A stretch of 64,000 nucleotides of DNA from Christensenellaceae bacterium. GTDB lineage: Bacteria > Bacillota > Clostridia > Christensenellales > UBA1750. A model generated the notes under the pieces. The model saw nothing but the letters and a program-made list of their open reading frames with translations, searched no databases and had not been told where the DNA came from. The position numbers and the translations under genes were made by a program. This document shows, piece after piece, positions 46,945 through 55,311 of this stretch (position 1 is the first letter of the stretch; each line of letters starts with the position of its first letter). Location of the stretch: contig JAITGM010000035.1 of the NCBI GenBank assembly GCA_031280685.1, positions 107,282 through 171,281 on the forward strand, read 5' to 3'.

Positions 46945-48171
46945 ATGAAACGATACCTTTCCATTTTCATTTACTCCATTTCCCTGGTGCTCACCACGGC
47001 GATCTGCACCTTTTTCGTTACGGCCCTGTTCTTCAGCGCGAGGGCTTCCGGCGGGAAGGAAACCGTGACGATCCCCTTAGAGGAATACCGCATCCTGCAG
47101 GGCTACGAAAAGCTGGGAACCCTCAGGCAGGGCATCCACCAATACTTTTACCAGCCCGTGCAGGACGATACCTTGAGCGAGGGCGCCTATTACGGCATGG
47201 TCGAAAGCCTGAAGGATCCGTACTCGAGCTATTTGAGCGCCGAGCAAATGGAAGCCCTGAAGGAAGCCGATTCCGGCATCTATATCGGCATCGGGGCGAC
47301 CTTCCTGACCGACCCCAACAGTGGCCTTTTGACCGTCACCCGCATCTATCCCGGCAGCCCCGTAGCGGGTTCCGGCGTGGCGGTGGGCGATACGCTCTAT
47401 TCCGTCAACGGCACCCTCGCAGCCGGGCTCGATTTGCCCACCATCACCGCGATGATCCGCGGCGAGGAGGGGAGCACCGTCACCGTGGAGATGCAGCGGG
47501 GCGACCAAGTAAAGGAATACAGCTTCACGCGCGAGCGAATCGAGATTGTGGATGTTGAAACCAAGATGCTCGATGGCGATATCCTTCTTGTGCGGCTCTA
47601 TGCCTTCTCTACGCGGGCCGATCAGGCCTTCGCTGAGGCCCTCGCGCAGGGGCTCAGGAACAACATGAAGGGCCTGATCGTCGATCTGCGCGGCAACGGC
47701 GGCGGCAGCGGCGCCATCGTGCAGAACATCGCGGATGAGCTCCTGCCCGAAGGGCTGATCTTCTACGCAGAAGACAACCAAGGCCTGCGGGAAGAGTATA
47801 AGTCCGACGCAAAGCGGCTCGACCTGCCGCTTGCCCTCCTGACCGACGGCGGCTCGGCCAGCGCGAGCGAGATCCTCGTCGCCGCCGTGCAGGATTACGG
47901 CGTGGGCAGCGTAATCGGCCAAAAAACCTTTGGCAAGGCCATCGGCCAGGCCACGCTGCCCATCTTCGATGATGGCTCGGGGCTTTATATTACAACGGTC
48001 GGGGTTTACTCGCCAAAGGGCAGGACCTGGCACGGCACAGGCCTGCAGCCTGATCAATCGGTGGAATTGCCTCAGGAGTTGATCGATAACCCCTTGCTTT
48101 TAACCGGCGACAGCGATACCCAGCTGCAAGCCGCCCTGGAGCTTCTGCGAAGCGGCGGCGCTGCGAACTGA
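46945..48171 (+). CDS. S41 family C-terminal processing peptidase (membrane anchor, PDZ)
   Basis: MKRYLSIFIYSISLVL anchor, PDZ (GDTLYSVNG), catalytic region LIVDLRGNGGG...GGSASASEI...GQKTFGKA. Confidence 0.85.
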   Translation: MKRYLSIFIYSISLVLTTAICTFFVTALFFSARASGGKETVTIPLEEYRILQGYEKLGTLRQGIHQYFYQPVQDDTLSEGAYYGMVESLKDPYSSYLSAEQMEALKEADSGIYIGIGATFLTDPNSGLLTVTRIYPGSPVAGSGVAVGDTLYSVNGTLAAGLDLPTITAMIRGEEGSTVTVEMQRGDQVKEYSFTRERIEIVDVETKMLDGDILLVRLYAFSTRADQAFAEALAQGLRNNMKGLIVDLRGNGGGSGAIVQNIADELLPEGLIFYAEDNQGLREEYKSDAKRLDLPLALLTDGGSASASEILVAAVQDYGVGSVIGQKTFGKAIGQATLPIFDDGSGLYITTVGVYSPKGRTWHGTGLQPDQSVELPQELIDNPLLLTGDSDTQLQAALELLRSGGAAN

Positions 48172-48212
48172 AGCCCGAATCAAGGGCCTGAAAGGGGGAT
48201 GTCTCCCTGAAT

Positions 48213-48864
48213 TTGCGCCTGCAGTTTAACGAGGATCCTGAGGGCTACGAGGCCGCGCGCCCTGGCTACCCGAAGACGCTTTTTGAGGACGTCATTCGCT
48301 TCGCCGCCTTGGACGCTTCCAAGGCGGCGCTCGAGATCGGCATCGAAACCGGTCGGGCAACCCTGCCTTTTTTACAGACCGGCTGCAGGCTGACCGCCAT
48401 CGAGATTGGCATTCGGCCACGGCCTTCCACTGGATTGCGCCTGAAATCGGCCTGCCGAAGGTTTTGCGCTGCCTAAAGCGCGGCGGGGCCTTCGCCTGGT
48501 TCTCAACCCATCCCTCTCCGGCCCCCGAGAGCTTAAAATGCAACGAAGAGATTCAAAACGCCTACGCCAAGTACACGGATTGGGACACGCCCCCGGCGCA
48601 CACGGCGAGGAAGCGGCCCAAAAACGCGCCGGGTTCGTCAAGGCATATGGCTGTGCCGGTGTGCACAGCGCGCTCTATCAAACGACGGCCGGGTACGATG
48701 CCCAAGGCTGGATTGAAAGGCTCAATACCAATTCTGATCATCGCGCCCTGCCCGAAAAGCGGCGGCTCGCCCTCTTTGGCGCGATTGAAGACGCGATCAA
48801 CGCATTCGGCGGCCGCTACACCGTCACCAACACCTCGATTCTTTGCCTTGGCAGGAAGCCCTAG
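48213..48864 (+). pseudogene. class I SAM-dependent methyltransferase remnant (internal deletion plus frameshifts)
   Basis: FNEDPEGYEAARPGYP...LEIGIETGRATLPFLQTGCRLTAIEIG jumps directly to AFHWIAPEIGLPKVLRCLKRGGAFAW in another frame. The tail ...GWIERLNTNSDHRALPE...RYTVTN is in a third frame. The motif I-to-post-II segment is missing. Confidence 0.6.
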
Positions 48865-48921
48865 CAAAACGCACAAAAAGCCCCGCATAAGCGGGGCTTT
48901 TTGTGCGTTAAGGGGCCGTTT

Positions 48922-49944
48922 TCAGGGCAACCGAACCGGCTTGCCGGCCCTTGCAGATTCATACACGGCCAAGATGACCGCAAGCGGCTTCCTGGCCTCC
49001 TCCCCGGTGACGAGGGGCGCGCGGTCATCTAAAATGGCCTGCGCCACGTCCGCGATCTGCCTTTGGTGCGAAAGCCCGAAAATCACGGCCGAGCTTGCGC
49101 CGCTGGGGCCGCCCAAGGCTTCGCTCGCGGGGGCGGGCAGGCCCTCGAGTTTCCACTCCTTGACCACGTCATTTTCGATGATGACGCCGCCCTTTTGGCC
49201 ATACACATCCAGGCGGGTGACGAAGCCCGGGTATGCGGTGGTGTTGCCCTCGATGACGCCGATTGCGCCGGACCTAAAGCGCACCGCAGCCACCGCGACA
49301 TCCTCGACTTCGATGCGCTCGTGCGCCAGCGTCGCGCAATAGGCCTGCACTTCCTCGATTTCGCCGCAGAGATGCCGGAGCATATCGACATAGTGCACGG
49401 ACTGGTTCATCAGCGCGCCGCCGCCGTCGAGCGCCCAGGTGCCGCGCCAGTCGCCCGAGTCGTAATAGTCCTGCGAGCGGTACCATTTGGTGTGGGAGGC
49501 GCCGAAGCTGATGCGCCCCAGATGCCCTTCGTCGATGGCGCGCTTCAAATAGGCGATATCGGGATCGAAGCGGTGCTGCGAGATGCACGAGAGCTTCACG
49601 CCGGCCTCGCGGCAAGCCTTGATGAGCCGATCGGCGTTTTCAAGGCTAACATCAATCGGCTTTTCGGTCAGTACGTGCTTGCCTGCCTTGGCGGCCAGGC
49701 AGCCAAAGTCCGCGTGCATCCCTGAAGGCAGGCAGATATGCACCAGGTCGATATCGTCCCTGGCGATGAGCTTAGCAAAGCTCATGGTGTAGGCACAACT
49801 ATACTGCTCGGCATAGCTTTTGGCCTTTTCTTCGTCCAGGTCGCAGACCGCGATCAGCTCGGCCTGCTCGACCTTCGTGATGGCGTCAAGATGCAGCGGG
49901 CCGATCTGGCCCAGGCCCACGACGCCGCAGCGAACTTTTTTCAT
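48922..49944 (-). CDS. Gfo/Idh/MocA family NAD(P)-dependent oxidoreductase
   Basis: Start at MKKVRCGVVGLGQIG (GAGGAGG RBS). ...EKPI... Confidence 0.85.
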   Translation of the reverse strand: MKKVRCGVVGLGQIGPLHLDAITKVEQAELIAVCDLDEEKAKSYAEQYSCAYTMSFAKLIARDDIDLVHICLPSGMHADFGCLAAKAGKHVLTEKPIDVSLENADRLIKACREAGVKLSCISQHRFDPDIAYLKRAIDEGHLGRISFGASHTKWYRSQDYYDSGDWRGTWALDGGGALMNQSVHYVDMLRHLCGEIEEVQAYCATLAHERIEVEDVAVAAVRFRSGAIGVIEGNTTAYPGFVTRLDVYGQKGGVIIENDVVKEWKLEGLPAPASEALGGPSGASSAVIFGLSHQRQIADVAQAILDDRAPLVTGEEARKPLAVILAVYESARAGKPVRLP

Positions 49945-49958
49945 GGTAAAGTTCCTCC

Positions 49959-50699
49959 TCATATATGGATTGGCGGGTTCCTGCGGAAGGCATACAGGCC
50001 GATGCCCGCCGCGACCGAGAGATTCAGCGAATCGATTTGGCCGGAATGCTCGATGCGCACGCCGCGCTCGGGGAGTTCTAGCTCAGGCGGGAGGCCCGCG
50101 GCCTCATTGCCGAAGACCAGGGTGCGCGGGGCCTGCGAAAGGCCCAAAAGCGCCGCGCTAAGCGGCTCCGCGTTGCGCAGGCGGAAGAAGAGGAGCTCGC
50201 GCCCCTGAAAACGGCCCGCATACTCGTCAAAATGGCCGAGCAACGCGAGGTTTAGGTGGAAAACCGCCCCCATCGAAGCGCGGATCACGCGGGGATCGAA
50301 AGGATCAACCCCGGGGCGCACGATGAGCAGATCCTTATAGCCAAGGCCCAGGGCACTGCGTAAAATCGTGCCCGCGTTGCCCGCATCCGATGGGTTGTGC
50401 AAAAGGACGTGATCCATAGACGGGTCGATTGTGGCTTCGTACTTTTCAAAAACCAGCGCGGCATGGCAGTTTTCCTTGCCTGAGATGCGCTGCAGCGCCC
50501 TTGGCGCCTCCTCAATGGGAAGCCTTAGGCTTTCGCAGGCCTCGATCAGCTTTTTGAGGCCCTCGCCGGGGTTTTTGAGCGAGCCTGCCAGCAGCGCCCG
50601 GATTTGGCCCGGCCGCCCGCGCAAAAGCTCCATTGAGGGGTAAAGCCCCAGCGCGTAGCTGTGGGTATCCTCTTTATGGTAGGCGCCGTATTTGGGCAT
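49959..50699 (-). CDS. TrmH/SpoU family RNA 2'-O-methyltransferase
   Basis: 246 aa. NPSDAGNAGTILRSA, VFGNEAAGL, IDSLNLSVAAGI (SPOUT motifs 1-3). Confidence 0.85.
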   Translation of the reverse strand: MPKYGAYHKEDTHSYALGLYPSMELLRGRPGQIRALLAGSLKNPGEGLKKLIEACESLRLPIEEAPRALQRISGKENCHAALVFEKYEATIDPSMDHVLLHNPSDAGNAGTILRSALGLGYKDLLIVRPGVDPFDPRVIRASMGAVFHLNLALLGHFDEYAGRFQGRELLFFRLRNAEPLSAALLGLSQAPRTLVFGNEAAGLPPELELPERGVRIEHSGQIDSLNLSVAAGIGLYAFRRNPPIHI

Positions 50700-51550
50700 C
50701 AGCCTAAACCCGCCAGCAGGGAGCGTAGGGCCTTCGTAGCCGTGGCGAAGCGCTCAAATCCGGTTTCGCCAAAGAGAGTGGTGGCCGAGAGGTGCGGCTC
50801 GATCGACAAAAAGCCTTCGTAGTCTTCGTCATCCAGCCTGCGCAGAATGTATTCCAGCTCTCCGTCGCCAAGGCCAGCAGGGCGGTGCGCGTCACTGATG
50901 CCCTCCGCGCCTCGGTCACGCCGCGGCAGCTTATCTTCCACTAAGGAATCCTTGATGTGCACATAGCGCAAATAGGGCAGCAGCGCTTCGAAGGCCAACA
51001 GGTTGTTAACGCCGCACTGCACGAAGTTCGAGGGGTCGTAGGTGGCGAAAATCTCGCCGGGAAAGGCCTTAAGCAGCGCCAGACAGCGGGAGGGAACGTC
51101 GCCATAGATAGCCTTTTCATTCTCGTGCAAAAGGGTGATGCCGCTGCCGCGCGCGGCACCCACGAAGGCGCCCATGCGGCGCAAAACTTCGCCCGTATGG
51201 GCTTCAGGGTCGCCGCCATCTGGCATGAAGAAACTAAAAAGGCGGATATATGGGGCATTTAGGATTCGCGCGAGCTCCAGCACATTCTTGAAAAGGCCGA
51301 GATGCGGCTCGAAGGGCTCCTCGATGCCAATCTTGCCGATCGGCGAGCCGATGGCAGAAACGGCGATGCCCGCGTCGCCGAGCCTTCGGGCCAAAACCCG
51401 CGCCTGCGCCGGATTGTAGTCCGCGATGTTCCTGCCATCCGCCACGCGGATCTCCAAATGCCCGATGCCAAGACGCGAAAGGCCTTCGATTTGGACGTCA
51501 AGCGCCGGGTCGATCTCGTCGGCAAAGCCGCTGAGCGTGAATTTCGCCAT
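50699..51550 (-). CDS. sugar phosphate isomerase/epimerase (xylose isomerase-like TIM barrel)
   Basis: 283 aa. ...LGIGHLEIR...YIRLFSFF...LLHENE...SIEPHL. Its stop overlaps the TrmH start (TGATG). Confidence 0.8.
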   Translation of the reverse strand: MAKFTLSGFADEIDPALDVQIEGLSRLGIGHLEIRVADGRNIADYNPAQARVLARRLGDAGIAVSAIGSPIGKIGIEEPFEPHLGLFKNVLELARILNAPYIRLFSFFMPDGGDPEAHTGEVLRRMGAFVGAARGSGITLLHENEKAIYGDVPSRCLALLKAFPGEIFATYDPSNFVQCGVNNLLAFEALLPYLRYVHIKDSLVEDKLPRRDRGAEGISDAHRPAGLGDGELEYILRRLDDEDYEGFLSIEPHLSATTLFGETGFERFATATKALRSLLAGLG

Positions 51551-51662
51551 GAACTAGCCCCCTTTGTAAAGCGCTTTTGATTGCCTTCAGTATACACGAA
51601 GAGACTGCCATGTTACAATACTCCAAACCCCTGGAGGAACTCAGGTAGGAGGGGGGAAGCCG

Positions 51663-51902
51663 GTGAAGCTTTCGGTTTGCGGCATTGATTGCGACGCCTG
51701 CAGGTTTGCGAGCGAGCGAAACTGCCCGGGCTGCCGCGCGCAAGAAGGGAAGCCCTTTTGGGGGAGCTGTGCGCTCTACGCCTGCGCGGCGGAAAAAGGC
51801 CTTCCGCACTGCGGGAAGTGCGGCGAATTCCCCTGCTCCACGCTGCGGGAGTGGGCGTCCGCCGAGAATCCGGAGCGCATAGACAACCTAAGAAAGTCAT
51901 GA
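51663..51902 (+). CDS. small cysteine-rich protein (DUF3795-like)
   Basis: 79 aa, GTG start after GGAGGGGGG. CGIDCDACRF...CPGCR...C..YAC...GL.HCGKCGEFPC. Confidence 0.6.
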   Translation: MKLSVCGIDCDACRFASERNCPGCRAQEGKPFWGSCALYACAAEKGLPHCGKCGEFPCSTLREWASAENPERIDNLRKS

Positions 51903-51922
51903 TGGAAAAGGGGAGGAGTCCA

Positions 51923-52472
51923 ATGCGGTATTCCAAGGTTCACAAGCTGAAAAAGGGCGGCGAAACGATCGAGCTGCGCAGTGCGGGCGCAGGGGACGCG
52001 GAGGCGATGATCGCGCTGCTGAACAGGGTCGATCGGCAAACGAAATACCTTTCGCGCGAGCCTGGCGAGTTCCTCGCCAGCTTGGAGGATGAGGCAAATT
52101 GGCTCAGAAACACCGAAAACGATGAAAAAAGCCTGCAACTCATCGCTTTTTATGGGGACGAGGCCGTAGGTGCCTGTGGAATTTCGCCCATTTCGCTGAA
52201 GCGGCGCTTTTTGCACAGGGCCAGCCTTGGCATGATGGTGGAGCAGAGCCTTTGGGGGCGAGGCCTTGGCCGCCTGATGCTGGAAGAGAGCATCGAGCTT
52301 TGCAAAAAGGCTGGTTTTGAGCAGGTTGAGCTCGAGGTGACGGCGGGAAAACCTGCGGGCGATCGCGCTGTATTTAAGCTGCGGTTTTGAAGTGCTGGGG
52401 CGGATACCAAACGCGCTGAAGTATGCGGACGGCAGCCGGGCAGCACTCTATTCTATGGTGAAGACGCTTTAG
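51923..52472 (+). pseudogene. GNAT N-acetyltransferase with a C-terminal frameshift in an A4 run
   Basis: MRYSKVHKLK...GRGLGRLMLEESIELCKKAGFEQVELEVTAG, then a stop at 52390. The alternate frame reads NLRAIALYLSCGFEVLGRIPNALKYADGSRAALYSMVKTL, ending at 52472. The junction is at GGAAAACC (A-run 52348-52351). Confidence 0.7.
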
Positions 52473-52484
52473 CTTCATAAAGCA

Positions 52485-52514
52485 AATCCCCCTTCGTGCA
52501 AGCGAAGGGGGATT
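52485..52514. terminator. bidirectional terminator between the GNAT gene (+) and cysK (-)
   Basis: AATCCCCCTTCG / CGAAGGGGGATT 12-bp stem. Confidence 0.7.
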
Positions 52515-52544
52515 CTTTGCTGATATAAGGCGCCGCAGCCGGCT

Positions 52545-53480
52545 TTAAGCCTCTTGGAACAAGGGGGTAGAAAGATAGCGCTCGCCGGTATCGGGCAGGA
52601 TGACCACGATGGTCTTGCCCGCGAACTCGGGGCGCTTGGCAAGCTCGGTGGCCGCGTGCAGCGCCGCGCCAGAGGAGATGCCGACCAGCAGGCCCTCTGC
52701 CTTAGACAGCGCGCGGGCTGCCTTGAAGGCGTCTTCGCTCGCGACCTTGAGGACCTCGTCATAGACTGCGGTGTTCAGTACGCCGGGCACGAAACCCGCA
52801 CCGATGCCCTGGATCTTATGCGGGCCGGGATTGCCGCCGGAAAGCACCGGGGAATCGGCCGGCTCGACAGCAAAGACCTGAACGGAAGCCTTTTTGCTCT
52901 TTAAATATTCGCCCACGCCGGTCACCGTGCCGCCGGTGCCGACGCCTGCTACGAGAACATCCACGGCGCCATCGGTATCTTCCCAAATTTCGGGGCCGGT
53001 GGTTTCCTTATGCACCTTGGGGTTTGCGGGATTGTCGAACTGGCTGGGGATGAAGGAGTTCGGGATCTCGCCAGCCAGCTCCTGGGCCTTGGTGATGGCG
53101 CCCTTCATACCCTTAGCGCCCTCGGTCAGAACGAGCTCCGCGCCATAGGCCTTGAGCAGGTTGCGTCGCTCGACTGACATGGTTTCGGGCATGGTGAGGA
53201 TGATCTTATAGCCGCGCGCCGCCGCGACGGCGGCCAGACCAATGCCGGTATTGCCCGAGGTCGGCTCGACGAGGGTGGCGCCGGGCTTTAGCGCGCCGCT
53301 TTTTTCGGCATCGTCGATCATCGCCAGGGCGATGCGGTCCTTCACGCTGCCGGCCGGATTGAAGTATTCGAGCTTCGCCACGATCTTCGCGCCGTAGACT
53401 TGGGTCTTTGCGTAGCCCTTAAGCTCGAGAAGGGGGGTCTTGCCGATGAGTTCCGTCAGGCTGCCATAGATTTTTGCCAT
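52545..53480 (-). CDS. cysK: cysteine synthase A (O-acetylserine sulfhydrylase)
   Basis: 311 aa. [14 protein letters not shown] (PLP lysine), [20 protein letters not shown]. Confidence 0.93.
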   Translation of the reverse strand: MAKIYGSLTELIGKTPLLELKGYAKTQVYGAKIVAKLEYFNPAGSVKDRIALAMIDDAEKSGALKPGATLVEPTSGNTGIGLAAVAAARGYKIILTMPETMSVERRNLLKAYGAELVLTEGAKGMKGAITKAQELAGEIPNSFIPSQFDNPANPKVHKETTGPEIWEDTDGAVDVLVAGVGTGGTVTGVGEYLKSKKASVQVFAVEPADSPVLSGGNPGPHKIQGIGAGFVPGVLNTAVYDEVLKVASEDAFKAARALSKAEGLLVGISSGAALHAATELAKRPEFAGKTIVVILPDTGERYLSTPLFQEA

Positions 53481-53500
53481 GTTATCGTCCTCCTTGACAC

Positions 53501-53528
53501 ATAAGCATATCTTATAGATATGTCTTAT
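53501..53528. promoter_or_regulatory. imperfect palindrome in the cysK leader (candidate Rrf2/CymR operator)
   Basis: ATAAGCATATCT-TAT-AGATATGTCTTAT. The arms differ by one inserted base. It lies between the predicted cysK -10 and its RBS. Confidence 0.4.
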
Positions 53529-53545
53529 ATGAATTATTTGCTCCC

Positions 53546-53574
53546 AGTATATGCGCCGGCCATTGCTTTGTCAA
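53546..53574 (-). promoter_or_regulatory. sigma-A type promoter for cysK
   Basis: On the minus strand: TTGACA (53574-53569), 17 nt, TATACT (53551-53546). Confidence 0.55.
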
Positions 53575-53614
53575 CCCCATTAATGCGGATTAAACATACT
53601 CTTTCGCCAGAGTA

Positions 53615-53653
53615 TTGACAGTGCGGCATAAAAAACTTATAATCACATATAAG
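53615..53653 (+). promoter_or_regulatory. promoter of the Rrf2 regulator gene with overlapping palindrome
   Basis: TTGACA (53615-53620), 17 nt, TATAAT (53638-53643). The palindrome CTTATA-ATCAC-ATATAAG (53636-53653) shares the CTTATA/TATAAG half-sites seen at 53501-53528. Confidence 0.5.
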
Positions 53654-53677
53654 CTTTATGGGAAAAGAGGTTAAGCG

Positions 53678-54115
53678 ATGCGAATTTCCGCAAAGGGGCG
53701 CTATGCCTTAGCCGCAACGGTCTTCATGGCCCAGCAATATCCAAAGAAGGAGCCCATCACGGTCATCTTCATGTCCACAGCGCTGGGGATTTCAAAGATT
53801 TACTTAGAGCAGGTCTTTTCGCTGCTGAAAAAGGCCGGGCTGGTGCGCTCGGTCAAGGGCTCGCAGGGGGGGTATCAATTGAACGGCGAGCCCGCGCAAT
53901 TGACCGCCTACGATGTTCTTTTGGGGGTGGAAGGCGCGCTCTTTGAGCCGGCAAGCCCTGCGGTCGCCGAGTTCGCGCCCGAAATCGACCGCGCAATCCT
54001 GGATGCGGCCTTCACCCCCGCGGATGCAGCTTTGAAAGAGGCCCTGGGCGCCGTGACGCTTGAGCGCCTGGCGCTTGAAGCCCAGCGCGGACAAAGCCCG
54101 ATGTACTACATTTAA
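53678..54115 (+). CDS. cymR: Rrf2-family transcriptional regulator, CymR-like
   Basis: 145 aa. MRISAKGRYAL......I....GIS..YLEQVFS.L.KAGLV.S.KG..GGY.L. It has no Cys triad (unlike IscR), its C-terminus ...MYYI resembles Bacillus CymR, and it is adjacent to cysK and C-S lyases. Confidence 0.65.
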   Translation: MRISAKGRYALAATVFMAQQYPKKEPITVIFMSTALGISKIYLEQVFSLLKKAGLVRSVKGSQGGYQLNGEPAQLTAYDVLLGVEGALFEPASPAVAEFAPEIDRAILDAAFTPADAALKEALGAVTLERLALEAQRGQSPMYYI

Positions 54116-54153
54116 GAGAGCCATCGGGCAGACGATGGCCAGGAGGGGAAACC

Positions 54154-55290
54154 ATGGAGTTTGAAACGCTTTGCGTGCATGGCGACGAAAAGGCCTATGA
54201 GCCGACCGGAGCGCTGAGCATGCCCATCTACCAAAGCGCGACCTTTTCGCACCCGGGGCTTGGGGTAAGCTCCGGCTATGACTACTCGCGCCTGCAAAAC
54301 CCCACGCGCGAGCACGCCGAGAACCTGCTGTGCAAGCTGGAGGGCGGAGTGGACGCCCTCGCCTTCTCATCCGGAATGGCCGCGATCGCCGCGCTGATGG
54401 AGCTGTTTTCCCCGGGCGAGCACTTCATCTTTTCGGATGATATCTATGGCGGCTCCTACCGTCTTTTTTCGAGCATCAACCGAAAGAACGGCCTAAAAAG
54501 CAATAGCGTGAACACCTCGGACTTTGAGGCGGTCGCGGCTGCGATCCGCCCAAACACCAAGGCGATCTTCGTGGAAACGCCCACAAACCCGATGATGCAG
54601 GTCAGCGACATCGCGCGGATTGCCACCCTTTGCAAGCAAAAGGGGCTTCTCCTCATCGTGGATAATACCTTTTTAACGCCCTACTTCCAGCGCCCGCTGG
54701 AAATAGGGGCGAGCATCGTGGTGCACTCAGCGACGAAGTACCTGGGCGGGCATAACGACACCTTGGCCGGCTTCTTGGTCGCGGGCAGCGCGGAACTTTC
54801 TGAAAAATTGCGTTTTATCTTCAAGACGACGGGAGCGGGCCTCGCCCCCTTTGATAGCTGGCTGATTGCCAGAGGCATCAAGACCCTGGCCGTACGCATG
54901 GATCGCCAGCAGGAAAGCGCCTTGCGCCTGGCCGGCTGGATGCGCGGGCAGAGGAAAATCCGAGCGGTGCACTATGTGGGGCTGCCCGAGCATCCAGGCT
55001 ACGCCATCTCAAAAAAGCAGGCGAGCGGCTTTGGCGCGATGATCTCGTTCGAGCTCGACTCTCAAGAGAGCGCCAAGCGGGTTTTGGAGAGCGTGCGGCT
55101 CATTCGCTTTGCCGAAAGCTTGGGCGGCGTGGAATCCCTCGTCACCTACCCCTATTTGCAAACCCATGCCGATATTCCCGTGGAAACCCGTAAGGCGAAG
55201 GGCATCGGCGATACGCTCCTGCGCCTTTCGGTCGGCCTTGAATCGGCAAACGACCTGATCACGGACCTTGACGCTGCCCTAAACGGCTAA
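54154..55290 (+). CDS. Cys/Met-metabolism PLP enzyme (cystathionine gamma-synthase/gamma-lyase/beta-lyase family)
   Basis: 378 aa. ...PIYQSATF...YSRLQNPT...HSATKYLGGHNDTLAG (PLP lysine). Confidence 0.85.
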   Translation: MEFETLCVHGDEKAYEPTGALSMPIYQSATFSHPGLGVSSGYDYSRLQNPTREHAENLLCKLEGGVDALAFSSGMAAIAALMELFSPGEHFIFSDDIYGGSYRLFSSINRKNGLKSNSVNTSDFEAVAAAIRPNTKAIFVETPTNPMMQVSDIARIATLCKQKGLLLIVDNTFLTPYFQRPLEIGASIVVHSATKYLGGHNDTLAGFLVAGSAELSEKLRFIFKTTGAGLAPFDSWLIARGIKTLAVRMDRQQESALRLAGWMRGQRKIRAVHYVGLPEHPGYAISKKQASGFGAMISFELDSQESAKRVLESVRLIRFAESLGGVESLVTYPYLQTHADIPVETRKAKGIGDTLLRLSVGLESANDLITDLDAALNG

Positions 55291-55311
55291 AACATGCCCG
55301 GAGGAAAAGCC

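Noticed and set aside
48464-49342. 292-aa plus-strand ORF
   Set aside because: It is a composite. Its first ~60 codons are one frame of the decayed methyltransferase, and the rest is antisense to the Gfo/Idh/MocA oxidoreductase gene. It is not a real protein.
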